Source: the human T2T-CHM13v2.0 reference genome, Homo sapiens. From it: 64,000 bases of DNA. Shown piece after piece: positions 58,101 through 64,000 of the stretch. The notes beneath the pieces were generated by a model that saw only the letters and a list, made by a program, of their open reading frames with translations, had not been told where the DNA came from and did no database searches. The translations under genes and the position numbers were made by a program. The stretch is taken from assembly GCF_009914755.1 (NCBI RefSeq), contig NC_060930.1; one strand, given 5' to 3'. Every line of letters begins with the position of its first letter. Positions within the stretch are counted from its first letter, which is position 1.

Positions 58101-59881
58101 GCAAACGATGATGCAGAGGACCTTGAGGGGATTTTGCAGGGCATCGGTCTTACCTCCGCGGTATCATTTTTCTCCTCCTCCCGAGTTTCTGCCTTCTGGT
58201 ATCCCTAAATATCCCACCTATCCTGCCTCCTACCTTCCTGGATCTGGGGTGGTGGGGTGGGCTCATGGACCATTGCAAAATGCTTGGCAGGATTTTAACC
58301 TTCTCAGCACCACCCAGACCCCACTCGAAAATGTGCCTTTTGTGCCCTCCAAGAGCTCAAGGGTAGGTAATTGTTATATCTTTAGCATGTGAAAATGCTT
58401 TTTATGTAACAGTTCACCGAAAATCTCTTAATTCTCCGAATTTTGGAGGATTTGGGGCGGGCAGCGAGGCTGTCCCCTGTCACCTTGTTTTGTACCTGGT
58501 ATGGTAAATCGTTTTGCTGCATTGCATCCAAGATGCGTTTTAGTCCTTCCAAGGCTTGAGCATCACATTTGTGATGAGAGCGTGTGATGTGCTGTGCACA
58601 TCCTCTCCCACCTTATCCCTTCCATGTTAACACAGCCTCTGGCTTTAATGTGTGCTTCTGGCCTGGCCACATGGCTCCGTCATGGAATAGGTGATTCTTT
58701 TGTCTGAATATTCTCTGTGAGAACAGAATCTTCTTGCAAGCATTGGGAGTAGATTTATTTTGCCTCTTTAGAACAACAGTCAGTTCGCTAAGGAGATTAA
58801 GGGGCTACCTGTTTCCTGGCAATAAAGCTGTATTGGGTAGGTCAGTTACAGAATGTCTTCAGGCAGAAGCTGTTCCTTTGGTTCACTCACTCATTTATTC
58901 ATTTAACAAGTATTTTAAGTACCTGCCTTGTGCATGGCAGGGTTCTTGGTGCTGTGAGGAGGACAAAGATAAACTGAACCTTGGTTTGCCCTCAAGGAGC
59001 TTGGCTGGCTGAGAGTTGAGAGAATCCCAACCAAGTAAAAGGGTATGGGTCCTCAAGAGAAGATCGCAGGAAGAGCTGGGGGGCTCAGGATGGAGTGGAA
59101 TTAATCTTTCACAACAGCTACTTAGCTTTAGGAGAAAATTAGGTCTAGAAGTTACACCTGATAATGAAAGAACTCTCATAAGCTTCAGATCTGTATGTAA
59201 GGGTGTTTTCCGGACTGTGTGTTGGGCGTCTCAGACTGAATACATTCTAAACAGGTCCCATCATTCCTAGCCACCTCCCTCTTCCCACCGCCACACACCT
59301 GCTGCTGTTCCCATGTTCTCTGTCTCAGGGAATAGCATGAGGCTCCCCGACTCCCTACTTCTCCTAATGGTCTAAGCCAGATACCTAGGGGTGAGTCATC
59401 TCTGATTCACCCCTGACTTTCCCTTCCCGCCTCAAATTCAATTCTGATTCTACCTCCTGAACTTCTGAAATCTGTCCACCTTCTCTCCATTCTCATTGCC
59501 ATTTCTCTAGATAAGCCTACCGTTATCAACTAAGCTCTTGCTTACTTTACTGCAACAGCTTCCCGATTTATCTCCCTGCCTCACTTCACAACCCATCTTC
59601 ACTACTGCAACTGGGAAGTGCTTGCTGGAATTTAAATCTGATTGTGAGGCTCCCTTCAGTGATCCTTCATTGCCCTTAGGACGGAACCAGACTCCCTTTA
59701 CGGGGCTTATGTGGGTGTACAGCCCTGTCTTTCTCACCAGCACCCTCTCTTTTCACAAGCCCCTTGCACTTTTCATTTTGAGAACATGCTTTCTTGTGCC
59801 ATTAGGGCCTTGCACATGCGCTCCCTTCTGCCAGGAACACCCTTCCCTGCACCCTCTTCACTTGACTTATTCATGCTCCCC

Positions 59882-60302
59882 TGTAGGGTAAATGCACCTG
59901 ACAGCAATAATTAAAGCATACCCTTAGAATGACCCTGTGTGGCAGATGAACCTGAATGTGTTTTCTGAACTAGGGAACCCAGGCCTGCCCAACCCAGAGA
60001 TTTATTTCTTGTCTATGAAGAACATCTGAGCCCCTGCCCCACCTGTCCCATAGAACAGGGGCCATACGGGGAATTGAGGCCTTGAATTTTGAGTTAAATC
60101 AAGTTGCCAGGTAGAGGTCATTGAGGGGAGGGTGTTAAGTGAAAATGCTGCATAAATTGCATGATGTTTGCAAGCGGTTGTTTTCCTGCCCAGCTCACCA
60201 CCACTGGACTCCCTCCTCTGTTTGTAAGCCCCTAATGGGTCTCTTTTGGCCTCTTGAACCTGTTGCCTTCCTTATTGAGGTTAATAGGGGTTTGGCACAA
60301 CA
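59882..60302 (+). mobile_element. ERV solo LTR (LTR47-like) within L2, TMEM14A intron 1
   Basis: tgtagggtaaatgcacctgacagcaataa...agaatgaccctgtgtggcagat...ggcacaaca with TG..CA termini. Confidence 0.65.
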
Positions 60303-61620
60303 TCTCTCCAAGGTCCCAGCTGGGACCCTGTTTGATCTGGGCATCCTTAGGCTCCCAGTCCTTGCTGGGTGCCACTCCTTGTTATGGTACCCACACCTCT
60401 CCTCTTAGGGCTCATTCACACATCTGCCTCCTACAGCTGTGTTGTACTATAGTTCCTGGAGGACCAAGGCCATGTCTTAGCACTTACCATTGCTTCCTGC
60501 TGCCTTGCCTAAAGAAAATGCTAAATAAATAGCTGTTAAGTCGAATTGACTACAAATATATGTTATAATACTATGGTATGATTCATTAACTAAATTACAA
60601 ATTCACCCTACCTCAGTTTTCTCAGTGTGCTGAAATAGTAATAGCCTTACACATGTCAAGCTTAAAATAGGTGTAAGGGTGAATGAGAAGAGTAATCATT
60701 GGAGCAGCTAATATTTGTTGAGTGCTCAGTATGTGCAGGCACTGTTCTAAGTGCTTTACAGTATTAAATCATTTAATTCTCAGAACAATCCTATAAGGTA
60801 GATATTTTTGTTATCCCTATTTTAAAGATGGAGAAACTGAGTTATTGAGGTTCCACAGCTAGTAAGTGGTGGTATCAGGTTTGAAGATAAGCATACTTTA
60901 TAGCATATGGTTAGCTCCTTTAGAAAGATAATAAGTAGGATCAAACATGAGAAGTTCATGGGGCTGAACATTGTAAGTTACCAGATGGAACACAGTGCCC
61001 TGTGGTCACAACTTTAAGCTATGAAGAGCATGTGATTGATCCAGAATTGAAAACTCTGAAGAACATGTTTGGTTTACATGTTCGCTTTTTTTCAGCAGCT
61101 AACTCAGTTATCAGAGGTGATGTTGCATAGAGGTTAGGACTGAGACTTCCCTAAGTCAGAGATCTTTGTTTTGCTGTATAACCTTCAGGCATTGCTTGCA
61201 TTCTCTGTGTGCCACTTTCCTCATCTGGAAAATGAGGATAATCATGACAGTACATACCATAGGGTGTGGTCATGATTACATGAGTTGATACACATAAGGC
61301 ACCTAGAATGCCTTAGAATGGCACCTAGCACATAGTAATTGCTCAAAAACATTATAACCTCTTTATTATTATTATTTGTTTAGCCATCATTCAGTCAGCA
61401 AATGGTTTTTGGACCCAGGTTCTCCCTACATGCTACATCCTACTGTACCACTTCTCGGCCACAGATGAGCTCTCCTGTTTTAATTCTCCTTCCTGCAGAT
61501 GCTGAGCATTTTTCAGTGTTGCCTCCTTTTTGGTGCTGTCATCTCCTGTGCCTCAGCTTCCCTCCCCCATACCCTTCCTCATAGTAAGTTCTAGTGGATG
61601 ACTCTGAGATCAGCTCAAAA

Positions 61621-61922
61621 TTCTTCTTCTTTTTTTTTTTTTTTTTTTTTGAGACGCCCAGGCTGGAGTGCAGTGGCACGATCACAGTTGATTGCAACCT
61701 CTGCCTCGCAGGTTCAAGGGATTTTCCGGTCTCAGCCTCCTGAGTAGCTGGGATTACAGACATGCACCACCATGCCACGTCCGGGTAATTTGTTGTATAT
61801 TTAGTAGAGAAGGGGTTTCACCATGTTGACTGGGCTGGTCTCAAACTCCTGACCTGAAGTGATCCACCAGCCTCTGCCTTCCAAAGTGCTGGGATTACAG
61901 GCGTGAGCTACCTCGCCTGGCC
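61621..61922 (-). mobile_element. AluS
   Basis: Reverse Alu with a poly(T) head. Confidence 0.9.
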
Positions 61923-62999
61923 CCTTTTTATGTTCTACATTAATTTATTACCAATTGATAATGGGAGATAAAAGGCCCATTAACCTAAATGATAAGCAAT
62001 GAGAAAATTGTAAAAATATGCAAGGAATCTCACTTACCATTCCTCACATTTACAAAGATAATTACCTTCCCTGTGGAAGAAATATAGACGTGAGAAAGCT
62101 CAGAAATAAAGGCACCACTAGGGGTCTTAGAACTTAAAAAGCTGTAAAGAACTCCAGAACTCTTTTCATCTATTCTCCTAACTTGCAGGGAGAGTTGAGG
62201 GTGAGGGAGGGGCATGGTCTGAGGCCCAGTGGCCACATCTCTAGCCTGTGGCTGGCACGCTATCTACTGCATCTGAGAGAATTGTGGGCAGGGTTTCAGT
62301 GGAACTTCTCACCACTGGGTATGTTTCAGCTGCTGCTATGATGCACAGTAGGATGTCATTGTCATCCATTTAACTTCATGCTGGGGCTATATTGTATTCT
62401 TTAGTGATTTGCCATTGATTAAGTGTGGATGTCTCTGCTACCACAGAAGAGCTATCTTGCAAGGAAACTAATGACAAAGCCATTGTTTAAACTGAATTAG
62501 TCAATCTCCAAGAAGACATCCATCTGTAAAGAATGAGAGGACTAATATCTGTACAGACATGAAAGAATTATAAGATGGAATTGTGGAAGTTAAGGAATTT
62601 AGAGGAGGAAGAAGGCATTTGCTCCAGATCACTTTGATAGTACAGACTAGAGTCAAGGAAATTAGGAGGTAATTAATAAGGGTAGAAGTCAGGGGAGAAG
62701 GTTTAAAGGGAGGTGGCATACAGGGGATAGTCGGGCTTTTGGAGGTGGACAGGGAGGGAGGACATTTCAGGCATGGAAGTGAAAAGTGAAGATTGTAGTG
62801 TCACAGTTCAGTGAAGAGACCTGGCTGACCAGAGCAGAAGTTTTATTTGGGTAAGTGGAAAGAATTGAACAGCTGAGAGTATGGCAGATCTTGAAGACAG
62901 GCAGAGGAGAATCAGCTTGAGGTACCCCCCAGAGTGTGCTTAACAGTGATGAGGATGAAGGGGAAAGTAGAGGGTTGGGAGAGGTGAAGTTTGAACCTC

Positions 63000-63293
63000 T
63001 TTTTTCCCTTGAGACAGGGTGTCACTCTGTCATCCAGGCTGGAGTGCAGTGGCACAATCACGGCTCATTGCAACCTCAACCTCCAGGGCTCAAGCAATCC
63101 TCCCAACTCAGCATCCTGAGTAGCTGGGATCACACGTGCATGCCATCACACCCAGCTAATTTTTTGTATTTTTACTAGAGATGGGGTTTTGCCATGTTGA
63201 TCAGGTTGGTCTCAAATTCCTGGGTTTAAGCCATCTACCTGCCTTGGTCTTCCCAAGTACTAGGATTACAGGCGTGAGCACCATGCCTGGCCG
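63000..63293 (-). mobile_element. AluJ
   Basis: Reverse diverged Alu. Confidence 0.88.
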
Positions 63294-63352
63294 AACTTCC
63301 CTTTCTTTAGTAGACTAGAGAAATTAATTTCTGTAATTCTGTGGAATGTCTT

Positions 63353-63750
63353 TGTATTAGTCATTCTCACACTGCTCTAAATAACTACCTGAGACTCGGT
63401 AATTTATGAAGAAAAGAGGTTTAATCAACTCAACTTCCGCAGGCTGTACAGGAGGCGTGGCTGGAGAAGCCTCAGGAAACTTATAATCATGGTGGAAGGC
63501 AAAGGGGAAGCAAGCATGTCTTCACATGGCGACAGGAGGGGGAGAGCACGTGAAGGGGGAAGTGCTACACGCTTTCAAACATCCAGATCTTGTGAGAACT
63601 TTAGATCATGGAACAGCACTAGGGGGATGTTGCTAAACCATTAGCAGCCACCCCCGTGATCCAGTCACCTCCCACCAGGCCCCACCTCCAACACTCAGGA
63701 TCACAATTCAACATGAAATTTGGGTGGGGACACACAGCCAAACCATATAA
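63353..63750 (-). mobile_element. MSTA-type MaLR LTR
   Basis: tgtattagtcattctcacactgct...gaagaaaagaggtttaat...gacacacagccaaaccatat. Confidence 0.85.
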
Positions 63751-63842
63751 GCGTATCATTTTTAGATACATTCCCTCCCCAAAACTTTTTTATTTTGTAT
63801 AATTTGTCCTTTCCCCCTTGCTTTAGAATTGCAACCTTGCCA

Positions 63843-63912
63843 ATGGACCTGATCGGTTTTGGTTATGCAGCCCTCGTGACATTTGGAAGCATTTTTGGAT
63901 ATAAGCGGAGAG
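63843..63912 (+). CDS. TMEM14A: transmembrane protein 14A, first coding exon (partial CDS)
   Basis: MDLIGFGYAALVTFGSIFGYKRR(G) is the TMEM14A N-terminus; acceptor ctttag|63827, donor gag|gtaagc after 63912. Confidence 0.96.
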
Positions 63913-64000
63913 GTAAGCCTAACCCAAATTTTCATGAAAGGGAATTAGTGGGGGTTTGGAGGTTGTGCTAGGTCATGTGAGGCTCTGTAAGTAGGATGAG

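Noticed and set aside
57532-58111. 101-145 aa ORFs over the TMEM14A promoter
   Set aside because: Stop-poor CpG-island sequence; the true CDS starts at 63843

Overview
Primate (almost certainly human) genomic DNA, very rich in repeats. The right end holds the CpG-island promoter, non-coding exon 1 and first coding exon of TMEM14A (+ strand). That places the window in the TRAM2-TMEM14A interval of human 6p12, by recognition of the peptide rather than by alignment. Main result: at 51.0-55.9 kb a TATA/CCAAT CpG-island promoter (probably the lncRNA locus known as LOC730101) sits on a decayed, intron-containing copy of HNRNPAB. Four exons remain with splice sites and intron phases matching the parent (N-terminal region, RRM1 and most of RRM2). 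About 75 bp after the last recognisable exon comes a same-strand fossil hAT (Blackjack-type) transposase with an in-frame candidate acceptor, so this may be an extinct RRM-transposase fusion gene. Other notable items: a full-length SH3BGRL3 processed pseudogene; a full-length SVA carrying an extra Alu arm inside its TSDs; a tiny 5'-inverted L1 that reuses an Alu target site; a four-layer MIR>Alu>LTR12>AluY nest; a perfect MADE1; and TE-derived NF-kB/ISRE motifs upstream of the pseudogene promoter. Repeat subfamily names come from recalled consensus sequences, and boundaries of old elements are approximate.
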